A stretch of 64,000 nucleotides of DNA from Acidobacteriota bacterium (GTDB taxonomy: Bacteria; Acidobacteriota; UBA6911; RPQK01; JAJDTT01), in assembly GCA_965263035.1 (NCBI GenBank), contig OZ253580.1, forward strand, positions 2,976,001-3,040,000, written 5' to 3'. The notes beneath the pieces were generated by a model, which did no database searches, was not told the DNA's origin, and saw only the letters and a program-made list of their open reading frames with translations. Position 1 is the first letter of the stretch. Every line of letters starts with the position of its first letter. The position numbers and the translations under genes are program-made. Positions 33,813 through 43,600 of this stretch are shown piece by piece.

Positions 33813-34496
33813 GTGAGGTCTCTGGGCGCGCTTTTGGAAGTGGTTGCAGTGGCTGTGGGCGGCTTGGTCCTGGCGCCGGCCGGGGTCAGGCTGCTGGGCC
33901 TGTCAGCTCAGGACGTCTATGGAGACGTGTCTCATCTCGTCCTCTATCTGACGTTGGAGTCGTCGCTGACGCTGGGCATCATTCTGATCCTGTTGTGGGC
34001 GGGAGGCCGGCGTCTCCGAGACCTGGGGTGGGCCAAACAGGGCTGGTGGAGGGAGTCGTTTGCCGGGGTGTCCGTCGTGCCGCTCCTCTTCGGCGCCACG
34101 ATTCTGGTGGGGTTTCTCTTCCGGATCTTGCTGCCGGAATATGTCTCGGAAACGAATCCGCTGCTGGAGATGATCCGGGACGGGACCGACCTGGGGTTGC
34201 TGCTGTTCAGCAGCGTCTTTGTCGGCGGGATCAAGGAAGAGGTTCAGAGAGCCTTCATTCTGGTCCACTTCCGAAACCACCTCGGAGGCGCGGTTCCGGG
34301 ATTGATCCTCTGGAGCGCGTTCTTCGGCGCGGGGCATTCCTTCCAAGGCGTCGATTTTGCCGTGGCCGCGGGTGTCCTGGGGCTGCTCTTCGGTCTCCTC
34401 TATCTGTGGAGAGGACATCTGGCGGCGCCCGTCGCGGCCCATGCCCTCTATGACGTGGTCACCCTCTTGATCTTCTGGGGATTGCTCCGCGCCTGA
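33813..34496 (+). CDS. CPBP (CAAX protease/Abi) family intramembrane metalloprotease
   Basis: EEVQR, FGAGH, HALYD motifs; multi-TM. Confidence 0.9.
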   Translation: MRSLGALLEVVAVAVGGLVLAPAGVRLLGLSAQDVYGDVSHLVLYLTLESSLTLGIILILLWAGGRRLRDLGWAKQGWWRESFAGVSVVPLLFGATILVGFLFRILLPEYVSETNPLLEMIRDGTDLGLLLFSSVFVGGIKEEVQRAFILVHFRNHLGGAVPGLILWSAFFGAGHSFQGVDFAVAAGVLGLLFGLLYLWRGHLAAPVAAHALYDVVTLLIFWGLLRA

Positions 34497-35286
34497 TCGA
34501 GTTCTGGAGCAGGTCCAGTTCGGCGAGAGCCAACTGTGCGGCCTTCTGTTCGGCCCGTTTCTTCGACGTGCCCTGGGCTCGGGCCAAGACCCGGTTCAGA
34601 CCTCGCACCTCGATCAGGAAGGTCTTGGAATGCTGCGGACCCGACTCCCGGATCACCTTGTAGCTCGGTTCTCGTCCTCCCAGCACATGCAAGCGCTCCT
34701 GGAGCCGGGATTTGTAGTTTCCCAACTCAAGTTCGTCACGGTCATCCTGTTTCAGATGATCTCGAAACTGGTTCAGAATGAAGGATCGGGCCGCCCCCAT
34801 ACCGCCATCCAGATAAATGGCGGCGATGACACTTTCGAAGGCGTCAGCCAGGATGGTCTTTCGACTTCGCCCTCCTGTCTTCTCTTCGTTGTCGCTCAGC
34901 CTGAGATACCGCCCCAGACCCAAGCGTCCGGACAGGTCGGCCAACTCGGACCTGGAGACGAGAAAGGAACGGGTCTTGGAGAGCTCTCCTTCGGATCGAT
35001 CCGGGTTGGCGAGGTACAGGGACTCACTGATGATCAGTTCCAGAACCGAGTCCCCGAGAAACTCGAGAGACTCGTAGTGTTGTCCCGGCGTTTCAGCTTC
35101 GTGAGCGAAAGATCGGTGGGTGAGAGCCCGCTCCAGAACACGTATCCGGCGAAACCGGTGACCCAGGCGGCCCTCCAGACTCTTGAGATCTCTTCGGCGG
35201 GGGTCCGACGGAAGGCGGCAATGAGATCGAACTTGGGCCCGGAAGCGGGCCAACAGCCCGGACCATGAAAGTAAGTGTCTTTTCAA
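34459..35286 (-). CDS. rnc: Ribonuclease III
   Basis: ALTHRS, ESLEFLGDSVL, ADAFESVIAAIYLDGG, dsRBD NYKSRLQE...SKKRAEQKAA; exact start uncertain. Confidence 0.95.
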   Translation of the reverse strand: MKRHLLSWSGLLARFRAQVRSHCRLPSDPRRRDLKSLEGRLGHRFRRIRVLERALTHRSFAHEAETPGQHYESLEFLGDSVLELIISESLYLANPDRSEGELSKTRSFLVSRSELADLSGRLGLGRYLRLSDNEEKTGGRSRKTILADAFESVIAAIYLDGGMGAARSFILNQFRDHLKQDDRDELELGNYKSRLQERLHVLGGREPSYKVIRESGPQHSKTFLIEVRGLNRVLARAQGTSKKRAEQKAAQLALAELDLLQNSIRRGAIPRRSRG

Positions 35287-35340
35287 GTACCGACCCGGGA
35301 CGCAGTTTCCGTCTTCTGTCTGGAATGAACCGAAATGGTG

Positions 35341-36318
35341 TCAGGGAGTTTGTGTCTGAGGGGTCTCTCCCGCTTCCGGAAGAATGAACTGCTGCATCTC
35401 CTGATTCTGGAGTTCTTGCAGCGCCGCTTCCCTGGCGGCCTTTTGCTGCGTCAGGTACTCACGCTGCTGTTCGACGAGTTCCTCGATGCCGTCCGTCTTC
35501 TTGTGAACGAAGGTGTAGAGCTGATCGAGCTGCTCCCGTGCGATCTCAGCCGTCATTCCCCCGATGGCAGCCGCGCGGGCATAGGCTTCGAGGGCCTTCT
35601 CCGCATTCCGCTTTCCGAGGTAAGCACGCCCCATGCGCAGATAGGCTCGATCGTGGTCCGGTTCCAGTTCGATCACTTTGGAGAAATGTTCGACGCAACT
35701 GTCCAGGTGCTGGGCTTTCGTCGGGCCGCTTTTCATGGACAGGTGCAGATTCGCCAGTCCCAGGGCGTAGTGGGCATCCGCCACCAGGCGCTCTTTCTGG
35801 CGAGTCCATTCCACCAGGCTCAGTTGTCCGGGCCGTTCTGCCGCCGTGGCGCCATCCAGTCCCTGTTGAGCCTTGGCCAAGGCCTTCTGCACCTCGGACC
35901 TTTCGGCGTATCCCACGGCCAGTTCGATCAGGAGGACGTAACTGGAGGGTAGCTCCGCGATCGCCTTCTCCCCGTGATCCACGAACCTCTCGTACTCATT
36001 CTGCTGTTGGAAGAAGAGAGCCAAAAGCTGGTGGGCCAGCGGCGTCAGACCACTCTTCGGATGATTCTCCAGGAAGTCCATGGCCAGTTCGGCCTTCTGC
36101 TGCAGTTCTTCGGTCTGATCGATGGCCGTCCAGGCGTCGTACTCTTCCTTGGTCTGGGCTTGTCCCACGACCCGGACTACCTCGGGTGGAGCCACCAGGG
36201 GTTCTTCTTTTTCGTCCAGGAGGAACCCTTCGTCTTGCTGTCCCGTGTTCTGAGCGGCGGCCCAGTCCCAGGTGGAGGACAGGCTTAGGAGAGCAACAGT
36301 GGCGAGAACCTGTTTCAT
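35341..36318 (-). CDS. Secreted TPR-repeat protein
   Basis: Signal peptide; TPR motifs (ADAHYALG, AYLRMGRAY). Confidence 0.82.
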   Translation of the reverse strand: MKQVLATVALLSLSSTWDWAAAQNTGQQDEGFLLDEKEEPLVAPPEVVRVVGQAQTKEEYDAWTAIDQTEELQQKAELAMDFLENHPKSGLTPLAHQLLALFFQQQNEYERFVDHGEKAIAELPSSYVLLIELAVGYAERSEVQKALAKAQQGLDGATAAERPGQLSLVEWTRQKERLVADAHYALGLANLHLSMKSGPTKAQHLDSCVEHFSKVIELEPDHDRAYLRMGRAYLGKRNAEKALEAYARAAAIGGMTAEIAREQLDQLYTFVHKKTDGIEELVEQQREYLTQQKAAREAALQELQNQEMQQFILPEAGETPQTQTP

Positions 36319-36629
36319 TCTTTTTCTCCGATTTCCATGAAAAAAAGACCGCCTCGATCAGGAGACTGGACAACGGCCATTGTGGCACAAAAGGTTGGCG
36401 AAATCACGGAAGAGTGAGGAGTGAGGAACGAGGAAATAGAAAAGAGGAAATGGAAAAGAATGAAGACAGGCAGGTAGTTTACGCGTAGCGGTGCGTAGAA
36501 CGGAGAATGGTCTCGTCAAGGAGATCTGAGCCAAATAGACTCGCTGTCCTGTTCCTCCCCTGACTACGCCGGGCTCTGGCCGGTGGGTGAGCCACCAACA
36601 GATTTACCCCTGCATCTCCTCGTCTTTCT

Positions 36630-38216
36630 CTACTCTTTCCTCGTTCCTCTTTTCTCTTTCCTTTCCGGACCCAGGGCTTCGATCAGCTCGGCCGCCTCTT
36701 TCCCGGCCCCCTTCAGATCTCCTTCCAGACCCAGGATCTGCTGAAAGTGTTTTCTGGCTTCGGCCATGGACCCCTGGGAGGCCAGGATGCGGCCCATGCG
36801 GACAAGGGACAAGCCCCGGACCCACACGGGGGCGTTCGAATTGGAGACTCTCTCGTAGTAGACGAACGCCCGCTTCAAGTCTCCCGTCTGAGACGAAACC
36901 TGAGCCATGTAGAAGAGGCCGTTGGTGTTGCCGGGATCTTCCCGGAGGAGCTCTTCCAGGCGTTGCCCGGCCTCTTGAAACTGCTTCTGAGCCATCAGTT
37001 TTCCGGCCTCGTTGAGGAGCAAAATGATGCGGTTCTTCCGCTCCACCCGCTGCCGGTCGCGTGCTTGGGCTTCCTGAAGCTTGCTCTCTTCTTCCGCCAG
37101 CGATTCCTCCATGGCCGCGATGGCGGATTCCGCCTCCTTCAGGCTGTCCTCGCCCAGGTCCTGGAGGAGCAGTTCGGCGTAAGCCGGAAAAGAAAGCAGC
37201 CCGCTGCTCTCATATTCGACCAGATGCCGGTAAAAGGATGGGAGGGCCACCAGGCCCCGTCGAAAAAACCCGACGATCTTCCGCTTGGGGTCGTCGGGCG
37301 GGTGCATCCTCAGGATCAGGCTTTCGATCATCGACTCGGCCAGGATGAGCAAAATCCGGTCCTGGTACTCGGGCTTCAATTGGGGCTGTTTGTTGGCCAG
37401 CCGCAAGAGGTTCGCGTCCTCGTCCATCCGGGCCACGTACTTCTCGATCAGAGGATCGATGAGGACGTGGAGGTACTCGTGCTGGAGAGCGACGTAATTC
37501 TCCGCAGGGTCGTCCGCGGGCCCCACGATGACGTAGTAGACCCGTTCCAGATTCCGTGCATTCACGGTGTCCTTGGCATTGAGGAGGTCCGGAATGAAGA
37601 TGATGGTTCGATCCAGGACTCTGCGGGGACCGATTCGGAAGTAGCGGAGCGTCTGATGGATCAAATTCTCGAGCACGGGACGGTAACGTTCGACTTCGAG
37701 TTCATAGCGCTTTATGTAGCCGGACCAAAGCTCGGCGACGCGGGCGGGAGCATAGAGTTCCCGCACCAAGTCGGCGAAGCCTCGCAAGGGGAGGATGCCT
37801 GCCGGAAGGTGGTCGGTCTCTTCCGGGAAGGTCAGGTCCGCGACGTCCGACAGGAGAAGCGCCAGGGAGATGTAGTCGGCGCTCTCTCGACCCTCGTCCC
37901 GGTATCGGCGGTGGGATTCGTAGTACGTCTTCAGACGAAGAATCAGATCCGGATCGACTCCCTCCAGCTGCTGCCGGACGGCCTGGCGCTCCGGCGAGAG
38001 CGTTTTCCCGGCTCTCTCGTAGTCGAATCCGGCGGCGTTGAGCGCGGTCATGACGGCGAACACGCGCGCGTCGTTCTTGAACGTGATGTTGACCAGATCT
38101 TCCAGCGCGGGCTGCGAATCTTCCAGTGCCGGTTGCGGATCCTCCGCAGGGGTCTCCTCACACCTGCCCGGTGTCGAAAACAACAAAAAGAAGGCGAGAC
38201 AGCGGATTGGCATCAT
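36630..38216 (-). CDS. Secreted protein with C-terminal TPRs
   Basis: Signal peptide, VFAVMTALNAAGFD N-terminal domain, HEYLH motif, C-terminal TPRs. Confidence 0.8.
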   Translation of the reverse strand: MMPIRCLAFFLLFSTPGRCEETPAEDPQPALEDSQPALEDLVNITFKNDARVFAVMTALNAAGFDYERAGKTLSPERQAVRQQLEGVDPDLILRLKTYYESHRRYRDEGRESADYISLALLLSDVADLTFPEETDHLPAGILPLRGFADLVRELYAPARVAELWSGYIKRYELEVERYRPVLENLIHQTLRYFRIGPRRVLDRTIIFIPDLLNAKDTVNARNLERVYYVIVGPADDPAENYVALQHEYLHVLIDPLIEKYVARMDEDANLLRLANKQPQLKPEYQDRILLILAESMIESLILRMHPPDDPKRKIVGFFRRGLVALPSFYRHLVEYESSGLLSFPAYAELLLQDLGEDSLKEAESAIAAMEESLAEEESKLQEAQARDRQRVERKNRIILLLNEAGKLMAQKQFQEAGQRLEELLREDPGNTNGLFYMAQVSSQTGDLKRAFVYYERVSNSNAPVWVRGLSLVRMGRILASQGSMAEARKHFQQILGLEGDLKGAGKEAAELIEALGPERKEKRGTRKE

Positions 38217-38286
38217 CGTCCGAGACCATCGTAATGCAGAATTCGAGGAACGAGAAGTGAGGAACGAGGAGTGAGAGCGGAGTGGG

Positions 38287-39276
38287 TTAGCCGAAGTGGT
38301 CGAAACCGATGAACGGACCCGCCTCGGCGCCGCCGTCCGCGCCTGGCTCGCGGAGTGATCCGAGCTGCCGCCATTCGGGCAGGTGCCCCGGATACTCGGT
38401 TCGAAGGCGCTCCAGCCGGTTGCCGGGAATCGCGGCCAGGAGAGCGTAGTCCTCTCCGCCGGCCAGGGCGGTTTCTCTGGTGATGTGGGCGGTCAACCTG
38501 GGTTCAAGTGAGATCCGGGGACCGGGCTCGTAGCTTAGGCGGCTGTCGCCGGCCAAGCGCTGGAGGTCGATGCTCAATCCGTCGCTCACGTCGATCATGG
38601 CGCTGGCAAAGCCGTTGCGGCGAAGCCAATCTCCCGCCTGAATCTGCGGAGTCGGAAGGAAATGGGCTTTCAGGCAGCGCCAGCGGAAGGGATCGCCGGC
38701 CCAGGCGGCCAACTCCTCCTCTTTCCGGAGGGACGACAGTTCCGTCGGGTCTTCGCGCTCCAGGAGATTCAAACCGGCCGCGGAGAGGCCGACGTCTCCC
38801 ACCAGAACGACGGCGTCGCCCTCGGCGGCCGTGGACCGGTACACGGGTTCTCCAGCTTCCAGGTGGCCCCAGATGGTGACGCCGACGTGGACCGAGGAAC
38901 CCCGGGAAAGGTCTCCTCCCACCAGAGGGGTTTTCCACCGCCGCGCCTCCTCCAGAAAGCCGTCCATGAACGAACGGAAAAAGCCGCCGGTGAGATCGGG
39001 GGGAAGAGTCAGGGTGAGTAGACAGGCGGACGGCAGGGCCCCCATGGCCGCCAGGTCGCTCAGATTGACCAGCAGCGCCTTGCGCCCCAGGAAGTAGGGA
39101 TGCATCCACCGCCGCCGGAAGTGAACTCCTTCCACCAGGACGTCGGTGCTCACCACCAGCCGGGATTGCAGTGTGGGATCCAAAACGGCGCAATCGTCTC
39201 CCACGCCCTTGAGAACGAAGGGAGACTTATCCTGTTTCTGATTCCGTAACCAACGGATCAACTCAGATTCGGTCAT
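38287..39276 (-). CDS. thiL: Thiamine-monophosphate kinase
   Basis: GVGDDCA, STDVLVEGVHF, NLSDLAAMGA, IDVSDGL, GGEDYALL. Confidence 0.95.
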   Translation of the reverse strand: MTESELIRWLRNQKQDKSPFVLKGVGDDCAVLDPTLQSRLVVSTDVLVEGVHFRRRWMHPYFLGRKALLVNLSDLAAMGALPSACLLTLTLPPDLTGGFFRSFMDGFLEEARRWKTPLVGGDLSRGSSVHVGVTIWGHLEAGEPVYRSTAAEGDAVVLVGDVGLSAAGLNLLEREDPTELSSLRKEEELAAWAGDPFRWRCLKAHFLPTPQIQAGDWLRRNGFASAMIDVSDGLSIDLQRLAGDSRLSYEPGPRISLEPRLTAHITRETALAGGEDYALLAAIPGNRLERLRTEYPGHLPEWRQLGSLREPGADGGAEAGPFIGFDHFG

Positions 39277-39386
39277 GTTTCCAAACCACAGTCTCTTGCC
39301 GTCCCAAATGGCGGAGTTGGAAATATATTAGTTCCTTGCTCCCAACATTTTGTGCAAGTGGGCGAAAAAATATTGGTTCCGTCTAT

Positions 39387-39436
39387 GCCGGGATGCAGAC
39401 TCGGTCGAATGCCGCGACGACTTTTGCCACGGGCTG
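39387..39436 (-). repeat. Single-end remnant of MITE family C
   Basis: Reverse complement matches 27730-27779 at 47 of 50 positions by eye. Confidence 0.8.
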
Positions 39437-39618
39437 TTATGGTCCCCACTACATCCTCCCATCCACCCGCCAGCGACTGTCCGCCCGGATGCCGTGAACT
39501 TTCAAGGCCTATGACGCCGGTGTTCAGACGGCGTAGAAGTTCTGGTTCCGGTTATGCTGGGTTGGGAGGGCCCCCGGTAGTCTCGAGATCATCTGGCAGG
39601 TGGAGGAAATGAAAGGCC

Positions 39619-40305
39619 ATGGGTGAATGTGTCGTTGCCTGTGCCATGAAGAAGGAGTCCAAGATCCTCCAGGAGCGGCTGGGGACCAGGTGCACTCACT
39701 TGGTGACCGGCCTGGGAATGAACCGGACGCGAGCCACTCTTGAATCCTACTTCCGGACGCAGCGGCCCTCGATACTGGTCTTTACCGGCACCGCCGGGCA
39801 GCTGGATCCCGGGTTGAAGATGGGCGACGTCGTCTTCCCGAGACGTTGGTGCCTGCAAACTGGAGGATGCTTCGAATCAGATCCGGCATTGGTGGACTTC
39901 CTCAGGAATCATCGAGTGCGAATCTCCGGCGCCGGAGTCACGGTCCGGGTTCCGGTCATCAAGAAGCAGGATCGGGAACGCTTGTACCGGAGTCAGGGTG
40001 CTTCCATCTGCGACATGGAGAGTGCCGCCGTCCTGGAGACGGCCCTGAGCCACGGAGTGCCCGCAGTGGCTCCCAAAGTCATTTCCGACACGGCGGAGAC
40101 GGGAATCCTGGGATTCCGGAGGGAATTCGAAGCCAACCTGATCCGGCTGAGCCACTATCTGGAAGGCCTGCTCCGGATCGGAGCCGAGTTCAAGCCCGAG
40201 GCCGGCGGAGATGGAAGAAGGTTTCCCGATTCCCCTTCCGGCCTCGGACCGGGGAGGGATACTCCGCCTTCAGTTGATATTCGGAGGAGGAAACGAAGTC
40301 CTTGA
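39619..40305 (+). CDS. Purine/MTA-SAH nucleosidase-phosphorylase family protein
   Basis: VTGLG, GTAGQLDPGLKMGDVV, CDMESA, KVISD. Confidence 0.85.
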   Translation: MGECVVACAMKKESKILQERLGTRCTHLVTGLGMNRTRATLESYFRTQRPSILVFTGTAGQLDPGLKMGDVVFPRRWCLQTGGCFESDPALVDFLRNHRVRISGAGVTVRVPVIKKQDRERLYRSQGASICDMESAAVLETALSHGVPAVAPKVISDTAETGILGFRREFEANLIRLSHYLEGLLRIGAEFKPEAGGDGRRFPDSPSGLGPGRDTPPSVDIRRRKRSP

Positions 40306-40927
40306 AGCGGCTCAGGATCTCGCGCCGTTTCTCCGGACTCCGGATCACGCCCCCCGCCTCGACTTCGCCTTGGAAAGCTTCGAACTGGGGCTTGACCAGA
40401 AGCAGGAGCTCCAGTTCCCGAAAAAGCTCCAGGCGGGGGAGAATGAGGCGGAGTGAGATGAAGGACAGGTCTGCCGTTGCCAGTTCCGGCGATCGAGGCA
40501 GATGGCCGGGGGACAGGAAGCGAGCGTTGATTCCTTCCAGGACCACCACCCGGGGATCCTGCCTCAGCTTCCAGTCCAGCTGGCCTTTGCCCACGTCCAG
40601 GGCGAACACCTCCCGGGCTCCGTGCTGGAGCAGGCAGTCGGTAAACCCGCCCGTTGAGGCGCCCACGTCCAGGCAGACCCGGTTCCGGACCCGGATCTGA
40701 AGCGCGGCCAGCGCGGCCTCCAACTTGAAGCCGCCCCGGGACGCGTAACGGGGTGGAGCATTCCGCAGCTGGATCCGTTCTCCGGCCGCCACGAGCGTCC
40801 CGGGTTTGTCCAGGCGCCGCTGGTCCAGGAAGACCCGCCCGCTCAGGATCAACGCTCCGGCCGTTCTGACGTCGGGCGCCATGCCTCTGGACACCAGTAA
40901 CCTGTCGAGCCGGATCTTTTTCGTCAT
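40190..40927 (-). CDS. tlyA: TlyA family rRNA methyltransferase
   Basis: S4 domain RLDRLLV, YASRGGFKL, LDVGASTGGFTDCLLQ, DLSFISL, LVKPQFE. Confidence 0.95.
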   Translation of the reverse strand: MTKKIRLDRLLVSRGMAPDVRTAGALILSGRVFLDQRRLDKPGTLVAAGERIQLRNAPPRYASRGGFKLEAALAALQIRVRNRVCLDVGASTGGFTDCLLQHGAREVFALDVGKGQLDWKLRQDPRVVVLEGINARFLSPGHLPRSPELATADLSFISLRLILPRLELFRELELLLLVKPQFEAFQGEVEAGGVIRSPEKRREILSRFKDFVSSSEYQLKAEYPSPVRGRKGNRETFFHLRRPRA

Positions 40928-40973
40928 GCGCTGGGCGACCCGGTGGCAAATGTGAGTTTGACCCAAGTCGGTG

Positions 40974-41900
40974 TCAATAGCGCCGGCTTGAGATGAAGGC
41001 GGCGATTCCCACCAGCATCCTGGCCCTGGAGCCCAGGAAGGAGATTTCCTGCGTTGCCTGACGCATCAGCTGATCCGCAATCTCATGGCTCCGGGAGACC
41101 CCCAGCAGGGCGGGGTAGGTGGCCTTCTCCAACAGGACATCCTTTTGGGAGCCCTTCCCCAATTCCTTTCGGGAGCCTTCCACGTCCAGCAGGTCGTCCA
41201 CGATCTGGAAGCAGAGGCCGATGTGCCGGGCGTAGGCGCTCAAACTCTGACGGGCGCTTCTGGGGGCCATGCACAGGAGGGCGGCAGTGGACACGGAGGC
41301 CTCGATCAGGGCTCCGGTCTTGCAGGAGTGGATGTACCGGACCTCCCTTTCCGTGTAGCTCTTGCCCTGTGAGGCCAGATCCATGATCTGGCCGCCGATC
41401 AGACCGGTGGAGGTGCCGATGGCGCGGCACAGATGGGTGATGATCCGAAGCTTTACGGAATCCGGAACTGCTGCTCCCGGCATCTCCGCCAAGAGCTGGA
41501 AGGCCAGGTTCATCAAGCCGTTTCCGGCCAGAATCGCGATGCCTTCCCCGAACTTCCTGTGGGCCGTCGGTACCCCCCGTCGGTAATCGTCGTCGTCCAT
41601 GGCCGGAAGGTCGTCGTGGATCAGGGAGTAGGTGTGGATCAACTCCAGCGCGCAGGCCAGTTGCAACGAAGTTTCTTCGTCCCCGTCCAAGGCTTCCGTT
41701 GTGGCCAGGGCGAGAGCCGGGCGAACCCGCTTGCCCCCGGCGAAGAGGCTGTAGCGCATGGCTTCGTGAACGACCTCGGGATAGGTGTCCGCAGGCGGCA
41801 CCAGGATCTCCAACTGGTCGTCGACCCTTCGCTGCTGCTGCCGGAGATAGGTCTTGACCTCCGCCGAGTCCGCCTCCGCTGGCACCGGGCGCCGCATCAC
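40974..41900 (-). CDS. ispA: Farnesyl/geranylgeranyl diphosphate synthase
   Basis: GGKRVRP, HDDLPAMDDDDYRRG, KTGAL, FQIVDDLLD. Confidence 0.93.
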   Translation of the reverse strand: MMRRPVPAEADSAEVKTYLRQQQRRVDDQLEILVPPADTYPEVVHEAMRYSLFAGGKRVRPALALATTEALDGDEETSLQLACALELIHTYSLIHDDLPAMDDDDYRRGVPTAHRKFGEGIAILAGNGLMNLAFQLLAEMPGAAVPDSVKLRIITHLCRAIGTSTGLIGGQIMDLASQGKSYTEREVRYIHSCKTGALIEASVSTAALLCMAPRSARQSLSAYARHIGLCFQIVDDLLDVEGSRKELGKGSQKDVLLEKATYPALLGVSRSHEIADQLMRQATQEISFLGSRARMLVGIAAFISSRRY

Positions 41901-42136
41901 TCCTCCTTCTGCCCGGAGAGTTGGTAGGGACCCGCTTCCAGATCACCCTCCTCGTTCCTGGTCAAAATCTCCACCTTCCGCTCCGCCTCCGCCAAGACGC
42001 GTGCGCAGTAACGTGAGACCTGAACCCCTTCCTCAAAAAGCTTCAGAGCCTCTTCCAGCGAGAGATCTCCGTCCTCCAGGTCCCCGACGATCTTCTCCAA
42101 ACGGGACAGCGCCTCTTCGAATTCCCTATATTTCAC
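41897..42136 (-). CDS. xseB: Exodeoxyribonuclease VII small subunit
   Basis: FEEALSRLEKIVGDLEDGDLSLEEALKLFEEG. Confidence 0.96.
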   Translation of the reverse strand: MKYREFEEALSRLEKIVGDLEDGDLSLEEALKLFEEGVQVSRYCARVLAEAERKVEILTRNEEGDLEAGPYQLSGQKEE

Positions 42137-43430
42137 GTTCGTCCTCGCGTCTGGCCATGAAGCTGCCGCGTCCGGTTCGGACCTGAACCAGCTCGCGGTC
42201 AGAAACCTGAGCGGCTTCTCGAACCACCTGCCCGGTGCTGGTCGTGATTATAGCGTAGCCTCGCTCCAGGACCGCCAGCGGTGAGTAGGCCTGAAGCCGT
42301 CCCGCGGTTTCTCCCAGTCGGTGTTTCAACTCCTTCAGGTAAAGGTTCATCGCAGGTTCGAGGGCGGAGGTCGATCGCTCCAGTCGAGTCCCGATGGGCG
42401 CCAGGAAAGCAGGGAGCGCCTTCCGGAATCTCCCGTGGAGCTCGTCCAGGCGTTGCAGGAAAAATTTGAGACGAGTCTCGGCGTCCACGAAGCCGCGGCT
42501 GCCGGTGAGTGTGCGCAGCCGCTCCTGTTTCTTGTGGAGGATCAGCGACATGGCCTGCAGGGCGCGTTTTTCCAGATGCGCCGTCTGTTGAGCGAGTTCC
42601 TCCCGGGCCGCGGAGACGGTTTCGGCCGCGGCCGACGGGGTCGGCGCCCTCACGTCGGCGACGAAGTCCGCGATGGTGAAGTCGGTCTCGTGACCAACAG
42701 CCGAGATCACCGGGACCCGAGATTCGAAAATGGTTCTGGCCAGGGCCTCGTCGTTGAACGCCCACAGGTCTTCCGACGATCCTCCTCCGCGAGCGATGAT
42801 GATCGCGTCCACGTCTCCCCGCCGGACCAGCTCCCGGACGCCTTCGGCGATTTGCGGGGGGGCCGTGGGTCCCTGGACCGTGGCCGGGTAGATCAGGACA
42901 CCGACCCGATCGTTCCGTTCATAAAGGACGCGAAGAATGTCCCGCAAGGCTGCGCCGCTGGGGGAGGTCACCACCCCGACCTTGGTGGGAAACAACGGCA
43001 GCTTCAACTTGTGGGCGGGGTCGAACAGACCCTCCTTGGAGAGCCGTTCCTTGAGTTGTTCGAAGGCCATCTGGAGCGCGCCGCGGCCCAAAGGCTCCAG
43101 ATGACTCACCATCAGTTGGACCTGTCCTCTCGGGGCGTAGACCGAGATCGAGCCCCGAGCCAGAAGCTCCATTCCGTCCTCGGGTAGAAATTTCAGATAG
43201 CGGCGCCGCATCCGGAAACAGACGCCCGGGATCTGCGACTCCGAGTCCTTGAGGGTGAAGTAGAGGTGGCCGGACGGAGGAATTCGCAGGTTGGAGACCT
43301 CGCCTTGGACCCAGACGTCTCGAAACCCGGTCTCCAATCGGGACTTGATCTGGTGAACGATCTGCGAAACGGACAGGATCCGGCGTTCTCCCAACTCTCC
43401 GAAAATTCCCATCATGTCGAGTTGCTTCAT
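42126..43430 (-). CDS. xseA: Exodeoxyribonuclease VII large subunit
   Basis: GEVSN..SGHLYFTLKD, ARGGGS.EDLWAFNDE, VGHETD, APTPSAAAE. Confidence 0.97.
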   Translation of the reverse strand: MKQLDMMGIFGELGERRILSVSQIVHQIKSRLETGFRDVWVQGEVSNLRIPPSGHLYFTLKDSESQIPGVCFRMRRRYLKFLPEDGMELLARGSISVYAPRGQVQLMVSHLEPLGRGALQMAFEQLKERLSKEGLFDPAHKLKLPLFPTKVGVVTSPSGAALRDILRVLYERNDRVGVLIYPATVQGPTAPPQIAEGVRELVRRGDVDAIIIARGGGSSEDLWAFNDEALARTIFESRVPVISAVGHETDFTIADFVADVRAPTPSAAAETVSAAREELAQQTAHLEKRALQAMSLILHKKQERLRTLTGSRGFVDAETRLKFFLQRLDELHGRFRKALPAFLAPIGTRLERSTSALEPAMNLYLKELKHRLGETAGRLQAYSPLAVLERGYAIITTSTGQVVREAAQVSDRELVQVRTGRGSFMARREDEREI

Positions 43431-43600
43431 CCGGATTCCGGCCTGTTCCCGCGGAACGCGTGATTAGATTAGCACTCCGCGGGTTTCTGAAAAACACGTC
43501 GGAGCGCCCTCTATCGTCCTCTGAAGAGGGGGGACTTCCAGTCCCCCCCTATCCTCCTGGAGCGGCGACAAGAAAATCGCCGCTCCGCTATGATGGCGTC

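Noticed and set aside
39387-39500. Possible riboswitch upstream of thiL shared with 27730
   Set aside because: No TPP riboswitch core recognised; the shared segment is the end of MITE family C
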